Assembly: GCA_017481825.1 (NCBI GenBank) | Contig: JAFUOR010000020.1 | Span: 753-64,752, forward strand | DNA: 64,000 bases | Reading direction: 5' to 3' | Origin: Clostridia bacterium | Lineage (GTDB): Bacteria; Bacillota; Clostridia; Christensenellales; Aristaeellaceae | Shown here: positions 1-9,502 of the stretch, in pieces | How positions within the stretch are numbered: position 1 is the first letter of the stretch | Layout of the letters: every line of letters begins with the position of its first letter | The notes under the pieces: generated by a model | Seen by the model: only the letters and a program-made list of their open reading frames with translations | What the model was told of the DNA's origin: nothing | Databases searched by the model: none | Made by a program: the position numbers and the translations under genes

Positions 1-48
1 GTTGCGGCGATCTTTTGTCATAGCATCTTCTCTTTTTGTTTCGTGGAA

Positions 49-534
49 TCAGCCGGCGTTCCCGGCTTTCTTCTGGCGCACGCGGGATATCAGCACCAGC
101 ACCGCATGAGCGAGCATGACACCCGCAGCCACACCGCAGCTATCCAGCAGCACATCCTGCCACATGGCCGCGCGGGAAGCCACAAACAGCTGATGCAGCT
201 CGTCCGTACAGGCGTACAGCGTACCTGCGAGCCAAGCCAGACGACTGCCCCAACGCAGCCCGTAGCTGTTAATCAGCAAGCGCACAAAGAACCCAAGCAC
301 CGCGAACTCCGTGAAGTGCGCACCCTTGCGCACCAGCTTCTTGACGAAGCTGAAAACGCTGCCCTGTGCCTGAGTTGAAAGCTGATCAAAGTCAGGATCA
401 ATAACCTGAATGATAACTTCTGCCACCGCATCGCTCGCTGCGGAGGAGGCAGGGCCATTCTGCGCAGAAAAACAGAAGATACCCACAGCCACCGCAATCA
501 CGCAGAGCCACAGCAGCATCCGCTGCCACTTCAT
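49..534 (-). CDS. VanZ family membrane protein
   Basis: 161-aa ORF with an N-terminal TM segment and a VanZ-like core (KGAHFTEFAVLGFF, YACTDELHQLFV, DVLLDSCG). Its ATG overlaps the stop of the upstream VanZ-like gene (ATGA at 531-534). Confidence 0.7.
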   Translation of the reverse strand: MKWQRMLLWLCVIAVAVGIFCFSAQNGPASSAASDAVAEVIIQVIDPDFDQLSTQAQGSVFSFVKKLVRKGAHFTEFAVLGFFVRLLINSYGLRWGSRLAWLAGTLYACTDELHQLFVASRAAMWQDVLLDSCGVAAGVMLAHAVLVLISRVRQKKAGNAG

Positions 535-1079
535 ACCTGCGCCCCCTTCCGCACAGGCCGGCGCATCAGCAGTCCGTACAGGATCAGCCCCAGCACACAG
601 CCCATGGTATTGTTGAGCATATCATCATACTCAAACCAGCCGATGCGGAACACCAGCTGCGACACCTCCGTCACCACACTGCACAGGAGAGCGATCAGCA
701 CCACATGCCAGGCCTTCAGCCGCTTAAAGGTAAAGGGCAGCAGATATCCCATGGGAATATACAGCAGAATATTCAGGATGATCTCCTCCAGCAGGGACGG
801 CATCGTCACCTCAACGCTGCCGTTGAGCAGGCTCATCAGCCCATCCGGAAAGGCAAGCGATGCGCGATATGACCACAGCAGTTCCCACTCCGCCCGCCGA
901 TTCGGCTGCACGGCACGGAAGAGAATTGTTTCATACAGATTCGCCAGAATATAAACGCCCAGAATCACATACTTAGCCGCCGCCAGCCATCTCGGATGAC
1001 GACGCAGAACATGCGCCAGAAATGGCAGCAGCAGGGCAGCCAGAAGCACGAAAACCGAAATGCCGGTTACCAAATCCAT
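531..1079 (-). CDS. VanZ-like membrane protein
   Basis: The track ORF 531..1139 begins at a TTG. The in-frame ATG at 1079 has AGGAGGGA 7 nt upstream, so I trimmed the start. Multi-TM protein with a VanZ-like C-terminus (VTEVSQLVFRIGWFEYDDMLNNTMG). Confidence 0.65.
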   Translation of the reverse strand: MDLVTGISVFVLLAALLLPFLAHVLRRHPRWLAAAKYVILGVYILANLYETILFRAVQPNRRAEWELLWSYRASLAFPDGLMSLLNGSVEVTMPSLLEEIILNILLYIPMGYLLPFTFKRLKAWHVVLIALLCSVVTEVSQLVFRIGWFEYDDMLNNTMGCVLGLILYGLLMRRPVRKGAQV

Positions 1080-1213
1080 GCTTCTGTCCCTCCTGGAAAT
1101 AGGTGATGGCTTACTGATCACAGGTGAAGGGTAATCCAAAGGAGACGAATGACAGGATGAGTCTGGTGCTTTTATGTCTGAAAACCGTTAACCACCTGAC
1201 ACCACAGAAGATA

Positions 1214-3208
1214 TCACCCAACCGCCGCAGCATCCTTAACCATCTTCATCTCATCAGCCCTATTGGCCTGCGCATTAACCTCCTCCGGCGTCCTGAACGT
1301 CGGAACGACCTGATGCAGCGCAGCACGCACTGCATCGTCATCGCCGGTTGCCACCGCCTGGCGCAGCACCTCCAGCTTCTGCTGGATGATGTCACCCGTC
1401 AGCGGCTCGTCGCGCTCGATGAAGATCATGCTGTTGTCCGTCTTGTCCAGCTCTTCCGTCTTGATAAGCAGCTCCTCGTAGAGCTTCTCGCCCGGGCGGA
1501 GGCCGGTTTCGATGATGGAGATATCCTTGTAAGGTTCCAGGCCCGACAGGCGGATCATGTTCTCTGCCAGCTCCAGGATCTTGACTGGCTTGCCCATGTC
1601 CAGAACGTAGAGCTCGCCGTTCTTCGCCATGGCGCCGGAAGTCAGCACCAGCTGGCTCGCCTCGGGGATGGTCATGAAGTAGCGGATAATCCGCATGTCC
1701 GTCAGGGTGATGGGGCCGCCGTTGGCGATCTGCCGCCGGAACAGCGGGATCACGCTGCCGTTGCTGCCCAGCACATTGCCAAAGCGCGTGGCGGAGAAGT
1801 TTGTCCTGGTGCCCTTTCTGCTCTGCACGATCATCTCGCACATGCGCTTGGTGGCGCCCATGACGTTGGTCGGATTGACCGCCTTGTCCGTGGAGATCAT
1901 CGTGAATTTCTCCACGCCGTACTTCTCTGCGGTTTCGACAATGTTCAGCGTGCCGAACACGTTGTTCTTCACAGCCTCCACGCAGTTGCGCTCCATCAGC
2001 GGCACGTGCTTGTGCGCTGCTGCGTGCAGCACCACCTGCGGACGGTTACGCTCAAATACGGCCTCCAGCTGCTCCCTGTCGCAGATCGATACGATCTCCA
2101 CCACCAGGTCTAACTGCTTTCCGTAGATGATTTTCAGCTCCTGTTGGATGTCGTAAGCGCCATTTTCGTACACATCAAGGATGATGAGCCTCCTGGGCTT
2201 CATCTGAGCGATCTGACGACACAGCTCGCTGCCGATGGAGCCGCCGCCGCCGGAGATCAGGATGGTCTTCCCCGTGTAGTAGCTGCGGGTCGCCGGATCG
2301 ATGAAGTCCTTCTGCTGACGGAACAGCAGCTCCTCGATGTTGAATTCACGCAGGCGGCGCTTGCCGCTGGATATCTTCTGGGGATTGGCGTAATCGTAGA
2401 CCTTGATCTTGCAGCCGGTCTCCTTGTACTGCTCGTACAGCTGACGCTTGCGCTCAGCGTCCATATCCGGCAGGGCAAAGACGATCTCCTGGATGGGGAA
2501 GGTCGCCAGCACCTCCTGCGTGGCCTCCGCCTCTGCCAGCACCGGGATGCCGTTGATGTTGCGGCCGATCTTCTCGCTGTCGATGTCGATAAAGCAGCGG
2601 GGCTCGTAGGCCGCAGAAGGGTTCTTCATCAGCTCCTCCGCCAGCATAACGCCCACACGGCCAGCACCCACAACCGCAATGTTGATGCGACGGCTGGACA
2701 CAACCGCATGTTCCGGAGCCGCCGGCTCGATCTTGATGCCGGTCAGCACATGCAGCACGCTGCGCAACAGATTGGCGATGGGAGATTCCTTGGTATTGTA
2801 ATCGTAGAGGTACTGGTACAGAAGGCGTGCACCCGTGGACAGCAGGGCGTTGAGCGCCACGATGGACAGCAGATGAATGCTCGACAGTCCTGTATTGGGC
2901 GCCAGCTTGTTGATCACCAGCCAGACCAGTCCGCCCCAGAAATCAGCCAGCAGCAGCCGGATATAAAGCGATGTACGGCTGTAACGCCAGACGAAAACGT
3001 AAATCCTCAGCAAAAAGCGCATGCCAATGATGCACACCAGCGCCAGGACGGTATTCACCGCGATCTGCAGCAGGCCAAGTCCGGTAACGCTGCTGGGATA
3101 AAGGAACAGCATCACCAGGCTGACGATGAGAAGGATCAGCCCGTCATAAAACGCCAGCAGACGGGAATGGCGATAGCCGCGTCGGCGCAAGGGTACCTGT
3201 GTATTCAA
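1214..3208 (-). CDS. CapD/PglF/WbpM-family polysaccharide biosynthesis protein (membrane-anchored NDP-sugar 4,6-dehydratase)
   Basis: 664-aa ORF with N-terminal TM segments, a Rossmann motif (ILISGGGGSIGSEL) and VLHAAAHKHVPLME typical of this family. TTG start at 3208, so the start is uncertain. Confidence 0.85.
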   Translation of the reverse strand: MNTQVPLRRRGYRHSRLLAFYDGLILLIVSLVMLFLYPSSVTGLGLLQIAVNTVLALVCIIGMRFLLRIYVFVWRYSRTSLYIRLLLADFWGGLVWLVINKLAPNTGLSSIHLLSIVALNALLSTGARLLYQYLYDYNTKESPIANLLRSVLHVLTGIKIEPAAPEHAVVSSRRINIAVVGAGRVGVMLAEELMKNPSAAYEPRCFIDIDSEKIGRNINGIPVLAEAEATQEVLATFPIQEIVFALPDMDAERKRQLYEQYKETGCKIKVYDYANPQKISSGKRRLREFNIEELLFRQQKDFIDPATRSYYTGKTILISGGGGSIGSELCRQIAQMKPRRLIILDVYENGAYDIQQELKIIYGKQLDLVVEIVSICDREQLEAVFERNRPQVVLHAAAHKHVPLMERNCVEAVKNNVFGTLNIVETAEKYGVEKFTMISTDKAVNPTNVMGATKRMCEMIVQSRKGTRTNFSATRFGNVLGSNGSVIPLFRRQIANGGPITLTDMRIIRYFMTIPEASQLVLTSGAMAKNGELYVLDMGKPVKILELAENMIRLSGLEPYKDISIIETGLRPGEKLYEELLIKTEELDKTDNSMIFIERDEPLTGDIIQQKLEVLRQAVATGDDDAVRAALHQVVPTFRTPEEVNAQANRADEMKMVKDAAAVG

Positions 3209-3527
3209 TCAATCCAGCTCCCTGTCATCTTCTTTTGTCTTCGGGAAACGAGCCTTGCCGCTATGATGCATATGCCATGTGCAAGGCTCGTGAATATGCG
3301 ATATTGCCTTATTTCAATTCGCGAACCGGGGGCAAATTCCTCTTGGGAATGCTGCCCAACAGCATCCGAAGCGTGTAACCGGCCTGTTCCAGATGGGCAG
3401 ACTCAGTCACTCTTATTAAACCACAGTTCAGCCTCTGCGTCAATAGCAAAAGCCTTATATTGGGAATGTTTTACTGTCGAAAACGTTGTAGTTTTCAGTT
3501 GCCTATCCATTGACAAGATGCACACTT

Positions 3528-3562
3528 TGAAAAACGAGGAGAGCCTCTCGCTGGCTCTCCTC
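3528..3562 (-). terminator. rho-independent terminator after the GH2 gene
   Basis: On the minus strand, GAGGAGAGCC-loop-GGCTCTCCTC (10-bp stem) followed by GTTTTTC, about 20 nt after the GH2 stop. Confidence 0.6.
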
Positions 3563-3581
3563 AATCATTTGGCGAGGAAAA

Positions 3582-6251
3582 TTATCGCACCCTTTCCCGC
3601 ACTTCTTCCACCGTCATTTCCTGCTCCGGCATGTGCGCACAACCCAGATAAGCATAGATCCCCGCCAGCAGCGCCCGTGCCTCGGGGTATTGCTGCAGAT
3701 TCTGCAATCCCATGGAGGAGATCATCAGATGACCGCCATGACAGCGGCATTCGAGCAGCTTGGCCATCGGGCGCAGGTAGGCGTAGCTGTCCATCTCGGT
3801 GATGATGGCCTGCATCCGGCGCGGAAGGATCATCGCGCGCTGGGATGCCATGGGCCACCATTGCCAGTTGGTGTGGGTTTCCGTGGGGAAGGAGGCGAAG
3901 ACGGGATGGGCAGCGTCGATCAATTGTCCCATGCCGCCCTCCTGGCCGGGGAAGGTTCCCACCGACCAGAAATCCGTGGAGAACTGGGCCTGAATAGAGT
4001 CCGGCAGGGCTTCCTTCGTGCTGTCAGGCGAGAGATAAACCGTGCCGCCGCCGGACAGCACCGCAAGCGCCTCGTCATCGAGGGTGCGGCATTCGTGGAC
4101 GTTTGCAGGACAGGCAGGTGCGACAGGCGGATAGACCCACACGGGGTAGGTATTCACCGCATCGCCCAGGCGGACAGTTAGCGCCAGCCTGGCAGCGCGG
4201 CGGACTCCATGCAGCGGAATACTGATTCTCCCCAGCTCTGTCAGGCCGCCGACAGGAGCCGTGACCTCCATCAGCGCACCGGACAGCTTGACGCCCTCGC
4301 CCTCCAGCGTCCATTGCGGCATGCCGGAAATGGACATTTTTCCGTAGTTCGCCAGCTTTACCCGGGCCGTCAGCGTTTCGGTGGATTCGTAGGTGTACTT
4401 CTCCAGAAGCACCAGCGGCAGCACGCTGCGGAAGAAGGAACGGAAGCGCTCTGCCTGCGCGAAGGAATAAGGTTTGGCCTGCAGATGCGCGTTGAGCATC
4501 CCCACCAGGGCAGTTCCCTGACCGGGGAAATCCTGAATGCCCAGGAGGGAGATACCGCTCATACTCTGCGTTCGCATGGCTGCCTCGATCTCCTCACGGT
4601 AGCAGAGGTTGGACAGTTCACCCGTGGCCTCCACCTGCTGCTTCCAGGTGTCCATCAAGCCGTTATCGATCACCTTTCGCCGGATGATCTCATAGTTCAC
4701 CGCCCGGGTTGCGCCCTTGAAATCATCGATCTCGTCGAAATCCGGGAGCACCTCGAACTGGCCCACCTCAAAGGACACCACCGGCTTGTCGCTCTCGCAG
4801 CGGAAGAGGCGCATCGTCTCATCGTAGTCGTGCCTGGCATTGGGGTAGTCATGATTGAGATAACCCTCCATGTTGGCAAAGGTCGCTCGCAGATGATGCT
4901 GGCGCAGGCTGGAGGAGGTGTAGAAGTCACTGCTGTCCGCATAGCCATACCAGCCATAATGGGCGTTGGAGGCGCAGGCGTAGAGACGTGTCGGATCAAG
5001 CGTGCGGGAAAGCGCCAGCAGCGCCTCCATGCGGCTGTGGCCAAGATCACCGCTGGCCAACTCGTTGCCAAAGGTCAGCGTCACGAAGGACGGGTGATTC
5101 GCCAGATGACGCAGCGTTCCACGCAGCTCGGCGGTGTAGTAAGCATAGCTTTCCTCGGATTCAAAGGCCGTTTCCGGATTCCAGTGACTCAGTTCAGGCT
5201 GCATGAGCATGCCCATCTCGTCTGCGGCGATGAAAGCGGCCTCCGGCGGCGTGTGGCTGTGGAAGCGCATGCAGTTCACGCCATAGCTGCGATAGGTTGC
5301 CAGCACCTCGCGCCAGCGCTCGACGTTCATCGGCGGATGGCCCTCTTCCGGGAACACGGCGCAGTTGGCCTCGCTGCGCAGGAAGATGCGGCGGCCGTTG
5401 AGGGTCAGAAAGCCCTTCTCCGCCCGAAAATCGCGCACGCCGAAGCGCACTGTGCTGGTACTGCCCCCCAGCGTGGCAGAGAGCTCGTAAAGGTTGCCCT
5501 CTTCCTCGTCCCAGCGGCGAATGTCAGAAGCCAGCGGCAGATCCCGGAGCCACACCTCCTGCACGCCTGCTTTCACGTGCACCATCTGGCTGACGCCTGC
5601 TCTGAGCGCCGCGCTGGACAGGGAAAGCACAGCATCGCCTGAATCCAGCGCATCGGTCTCCACACACACATCCAGCATATCGCCATGGGGATATGCCCGC
5701 ACGCCCCGCAGACAGGTTTCCTCCTCCTCCCGCAGGCGCACATAGCCCAGCAAGCCGTTCCAGTTGGTCTGGGTTTCGTCCGTTGCGGCGGAAGAAAACA
5801 CAATCGCATCATGGGGCCAGCCGGGATAGCTGTTGTCGGCGATAAAGTCGATCTCGTCGTGTCCTGTCATGCGCCCTGTGACCTCAAACACATAGGGCGT
5901 GCTGACAGAGCATTCCCCGAGGGGAGGAACCATCTGCCCATTCAGGCACAGCGACAGGTGACGGCTGCGCTCCACCTCCAGGAACAGCCTCCCACTGGCA
6001 GGAACCTCCCAGTCCAGCGTGCGGGTGATATGCGCCGCACCCTCGCAGGTCACCACACGGGTGAGGCGGGTCTGAATGCCGCCGTCCGTCTGGTACAGGG
6101 CAGCATTGGTGTCCGTATCAGGATGCCATTTCTTCCCACCCACATCCTGGTATCCGATGCCGCTCTGGTCAAGGGTGCCGGGAATGGCGATGGGCTTTGT
6201 CATGCCGGGAATGGCGCACTGCCATATTCCGCTCAGGTCGATGATACGCAT
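3582..6251 (-). CDS. glycoside hydrolase family 2 protein
   Basis: GH2-like TIM-barrel motifs (NCMRFHSHTPPEAAFIAADEMGMLMQPE, TFGNELASG). The track start is a GTG at 6269. The ATG at 6251 has AAGGAGG 7 nt upstream, so I use 6251. Confidence 0.85.
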   Translation of the reverse strand: MRIIDLSGIWQCAIPGMTKPIAIPGTLDQSGIGYQDVGGKKWHPDTDTNAALYQTDGGIQTRLTRVVTCEGAAHITRTLDWEVPASGRLFLEVERSRHLSLCLNGQMVPPLGECSVSTPYVFEVTGRMTGHDEIDFIADNSYPGWPHDAIVFSSAATDETQTNWNGLLGYVRLREEEETCLRGVRAYPHGDMLDVCVETDALDSGDAVLSLSSAALRAGVSQMVHVKAGVQEVWLRDLPLASDIRRWDEEEGNLYELSATLGGSTSTVRFGVRDFRAEKGFLTLNGRRIFLRSEANCAVFPEEGHPPMNVERWREVLATYRSYGVNCMRFHSHTPPEAAFIAADEMGMLMQPELSHWNPETAFESEESYAYYTAELRGTLRHLANHPSFVTLTFGNELASGDLGHSRMEALLALSRTLDPTRLYACASNAHYGWYGYADSSDFYTSSSLRQHHLRATFANMEGYLNHDYPNARHDYDETMRLFRCESDKPVVSFEVGQFEVLPDFDEIDDFKGATRAVNYEIIRRKVIDNGLMDTWKQQVEATGELSNLCYREEIEAAMRTQSMSGISLLGIQDFPGQGTALVGMLNAHLQAKPYSFAQAERFRSFFRSVLPLVLLEKYTYESTETLTARVKLANYGKMSISGMPQWTLEGEGVKLSGALMEVTAPVGGLTELGRISIPLHGVRRAARLALTVRLGDAVNTYPVWVYPPVAPACPANVHECRTLDDEALAVLSGGGTVYLSPDSTKEALPDSIQAQFSTDFWSVGTFPGQEGGMGQLIDAAHPVFASFPTETHTNWQWWPMASQRAMILPRRMQAIITEMDSYAYLRPMAKLLECRCHGGHLMISSMGLQNLQQYPEARALLAGIYAYLGCAHMPEQEMTVEEVRERVR

Positions 6252-6265
6252 GGTGCATCCTCCTT

Positions 6266-9200
6266 TCACAGCAGCTGGCGATGCAGCACCGCGCCCTGAT
6301 GCGCACAGTCAATGGCCAGCACCGCGTCGTAGCACTTCGCAGCCCGCGCCATATCGCCCAGACCATAACTGCCCAGCGCAATCAGATACTCGCAATGGGC
6401 ACGGTTGCGGACGGTCAGGTCTTCATCAAAGAGCTGCAGATCTGGCAGGGATACGGCAAAGTAGTCGATCCTGACCTCGTCGTAATAGTGCTTCTCCGCA
6501 TAGGAGATCAGCTTGTGGAAGCGGCTGCGCGCGCGCTCCTGGCGGCCCAGGACGCGGTTGGCAAGACCCTGATACAGAATCAGGTCAGCAGGCTGGTCGT
6601 TGTAGTACATCATGCCTGCGGGCTCTTCGTCGCCGGCGGCAGCCAGCTCCAGGTGGCGCAGCGCCGCCTCCTCATTGCCCAGCGCGCGCTCGGCAAGGCC
6701 CAGGTAGTAGTGGATGTTGTTGTCCTTCGCGCCCTCCAGCTTGCCCTCGCCTAAATTGTGGGGGAAGACCAGCGCGCGCTCCAGCAGCTCCCTGGCCCTG
6801 ACAGCGTCGCCCTCCTCCAGCGCCTGGCGTGCCAGCTGGGTCAGCGCCACGGCGTACTGGGTGGTCACCTTGCCTTCGCCGCCCTCCCAGGGGTGGAACT
6901 TGTGGGCCATGATGAGGTCAAGGGCTTCTGCGCAGCGGCCCATGTCGTTGAGGAGCGTGCAGTATTCCACGTAGAGGTCATCGCGTTTGAAGACAACTTC
7001 CTTATGCGCGTCCAGGAAGGCAAAGCGCTCGTCAATGCCCATGCCCAGCTTGCGGTAGAGCTGATCCAGCTCCAGCAGGATGCGGGCGTCGGACTCATCC
7101 AGCCCATAGGCGCGCTCCATACAGATGCGGGCGGTTTCCCTGTCGCCGCGCTTGTTGAAATAGGCCAGGGACAGATTACGCCACACCGTGGGGAAAGCGT
7201 CGTCCGTTCCGGCGCTGCGCTCCCAGCAGGCGATCGCCTCGTCATACTGGCGCTTGTCATACCACAGGCAGCCGAGGTAATAAGGAGCCTTCGCATCGGC
7301 AGAGTTATGCGCCATGGCGTAGCGCAGCGCGGCGATATCCTCCAGCTTGTTGGGGAAGCAGTACAGGCTGGAGCAGCTTGCCGCAGCGGTCAGTTCCTCC
7401 TGATCACCGGTGTACAGGGCCGCATAGTAGTGCACCATGGGGTGTTCCATGGGGCAGCGGCGGAGGATATCCACCGCATCGGCAAAGTAGCCAGCCTCGG
7501 CATAGTCAATCGCGCACTCGATGAAGCTGCTGACGCGGCCGTTCATCATGGCCAGCGCACCGTCGATGTCGCCGGATTCGATGCGGGACACGTAATCAAA
7601 CGCATCCAGCTTCAGGTTCTCCTCGTACCATGCGGCGGCTTCCTCCTCGCGGCCAAGGCTGTCGAGGATCATGCCCTTGAGCGCACGAGCCTTGAGGTTG
7701 TGATAATTCTTCACCAGGCTGCGATCGATGTGCTCCAGCGCCAGGGTATATTCACCGCGCCTGCAGTCAATGCAGGCGATATGGTAGTAGCTGGTCTCCT
7801 GCTCTGCCGCCGTCCAGGTGGCCTTGAAGAAGGCGTCGTAGGCCTCGTCCTCCCGGCCCTGATAGCGCAGGCACAACCCGATGTTCATGTACGCCTCGGA
7901 GCAGTAGGGGTTGGGGTTGCGGCTGGTGATGCGCTCGATGGCGGCACGGAAATATTTCTCCGCCTTTTCAAACTGGCCGCGGCGCAGCAGCAGCAGACCG
8001 TAGGCATTGTTCGCACGGCTGTCGCCGGGGTCGCGCTTGAGAGCCTCGAGGTAGTAAGGATCAGGCAGGTAGGTGGCATGACGGTACTGCTCCAGGTGCA
8101 GGCCGGTCAGGTAGAGCTCCTCGCCCGTGATGATCTCATGTGGGAGCTTCGCCGGAGGCATGGGATCGGGAATGGACTCGATCGTTTTCTCCTGAGGCGT
8201 GTAGGCAAGCAGCCTGCGCCCGGAAGCGGCGTATACCGTCAGCGTCAGCGCCGTTTCGGGAACGGGCACGTTCACAGCGGCCTCCAGCACCTCCACAGGG
8301 CTCAGGTCGCAGACATGATCGTATACCGGCACGCCCTCTGCCGTCAGCACTACGCGGGCCGCCTTGAAGGCCTGGGTGGTGTACACGGTGATATGCGCCG
8401 TGGCGTCCTGCACATCAAGGTTCAGGACGCACTCGCGACTGGCGTTCTTGACATAGCCGCACTTCTTGTAGGGCATGAAATACTGGGTGAAGGTCTTCTC
8501 CTCAAAGGGCTTGAGCCAGGTGAAGTCCGGCTGGTTATCGCAGTACATGCCGGTCATCAGCTCGATGTAGGGGCCGTTTTCGTCCGTCAGGTTGCGGTCC
8601 CACGCCTGGCCAAAGTCGCCGTTGCCCCAGGTCCACTGCTTCTTGCCGGGGCTGACATGATGATCGGCAATATGCAATATGCCCGCCTCCACGCCGTAGT
8701 CATAGCCGCCTACAAAGTCGTAATCGCTGCCCGCGCACATGTAGGAGGTCGGCACGGGGATGTTCTTGTAACGGCTGATATCCACGCCTGCGGAGTAGTC
8801 ATGCTTATAATACACGCCCGTGGCGATGGGGAAGGCGCTCACGTCGCGCTTGCCGTGGTCGTAGACCGCCGTTGTATCCGGCGGGAAGACAGACTGGGTG
8901 TCATCATTGACCGCCACGGCGGGATTCGCCCACCACAGGAAGGTCTGGGGCAGATTGGTGCGGTTGTAGAGCTGACCCTTGATTTCGATATACGCCTTGT
9001 CCGGATAGATGGTGAAGGTCATTTTACCTTTGGTGCCATACATCTGGTCTACCTCGGAGAGCTCCACGGACTTGCTGCCGTCCGCGTTCTCCACGACGCG
9101 CCAGTCCACCGGGGCGAAGGTCGTCGGGCGGTGATGCTGGGGCCAGTTGAACTCGATACCACCGGAGATCCACGGACCGGTCAGGCCCACCAGCGCGGGC

Positions 9201-9502
9201 TTGACGACCTCGTTATAGTACACAAAGTCGTAGCCGTTGGTCTTGTCCAGCGCGCGCTGGATGCGTCCGCCCAGCTCCGGCAGCACCATTACCTGAATGT
9301 AGTCGTTCTCCAGGAACACGGCAGTGTAAGGCTTGTCCGCCTTTTCATCGAGGATTTTATCCACCACGGGCAGCGGATACACCTTGCCGCTGGAACCCTG
9401 ATAGACGCGCTTTTCCAGAAACATGGGATTCTTATCCGCCTGGCCGATGCCGTAGGTAGGGATATTGACCGTCTCCACGCGGATGCTGGCTGTGTTCATC
9501 AT
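6266..9502 (-). CDS. DUF5107-type protein with C-terminal TPR repeats
   Basis: 1078-aa ORF. The N-terminus (NIPTYGIGQADKNPMFLEKRVYQGSSGKVYPLPVVDKI) matches my recollection of DUF5107 proteins. The C-terminal half is TPR-like. AGGAGGA lies 6 nt before the ATG at 9502. The start overlaps the AraC stop, and the stop lies within the RBS region of the GH2 gene. Confidence 0.8.
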   Translation of the reverse strand: MMNTASIRVETVNIPTYGIGQADKNPMFLEKRVYQGSSGKVYPLPVVDKILDEKADKPYTAVFLENDYIQVMVLPELGGRIQRALDKTNGYDFVYYNEVVKPALVGLTGPWISGGIEFNWPQHHRPTTFAPVDWRVVENADGSKSVELSEVDQMYGTKGKMTFTIYPDKAYIEIKGQLYNRTNLPQTFLWWANPAVAVNDDTQSVFPPDTTAVYDHGKRDVSAFPIATGVYYKHDYSAGVDISRYKNIPVPTSYMCAGSDYDFVGGYDYGVEAGILHIADHHVSPGKKQWTWGNGDFGQAWDRNLTDENGPYIELMTGMYCDNQPDFTWLKPFEEKTFTQYFMPYKKCGYVKNASRECVLNLDVQDATAHITVYTTQAFKAARVVLTAEGVPVYDHVCDLSPVEVLEAAVNVPVPETALTLTVYAASGRRLLAYTPQEKTIESIPDPMPPAKLPHEIITGEELYLTGLHLEQYRHATYLPDPYYLEALKRDPGDSRANNAYGLLLLRRGQFEKAEKYFRAAIERITSRNPNPYCSEAYMNIGLCLRYQGREDEAYDAFFKATWTAAEQETSYYHIACIDCRRGEYTLALEHIDRSLVKNYHNLKARALKGMILDSLGREEEAAAWYEENLKLDAFDYVSRIESGDIDGALAMMNGRVSSFIECAIDYAEAGYFADAVDILRRCPMEHPMVHYYAALYTGDQEELTAAASCSSLYCFPNKLEDIAALRYAMAHNSADAKAPYYLGCLWYDKRQYDEAIACWERSAGTDDAFPTVWRNLSLAYFNKRGDRETARICMERAYGLDESDARILLELDQLYRKLGMGIDERFAFLDAHKEVVFKRDDLYVEYCTLLNDMGRCAEALDLIMAHKFHPWEGGEGKVTTQYAVALTQLARQALEEGDAVRARELLERALVFPHNLGEGKLEGAKDNNIHYYLGLAERALGNEEAALRHLELAAAGDEEPAGMMYYNDQPADLILYQGLANRVLGRQERARSRFHKLISYAEKHYYDEVRIDYFAVSLPDLQLFDEDLTVRNRAHCEYLIALGSYGLGDMARAAKCYDAVLAIDCAHQGAVLHRQLL

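Noticed and set aside
1-21. Possible start of a minus-strand gene (ATGACAAAAGATCGCCGCAAC read on the minus strand) running off the left edge.
   Set aside because: Only 7 codons are visible, so no product or reading-frame support is possible.
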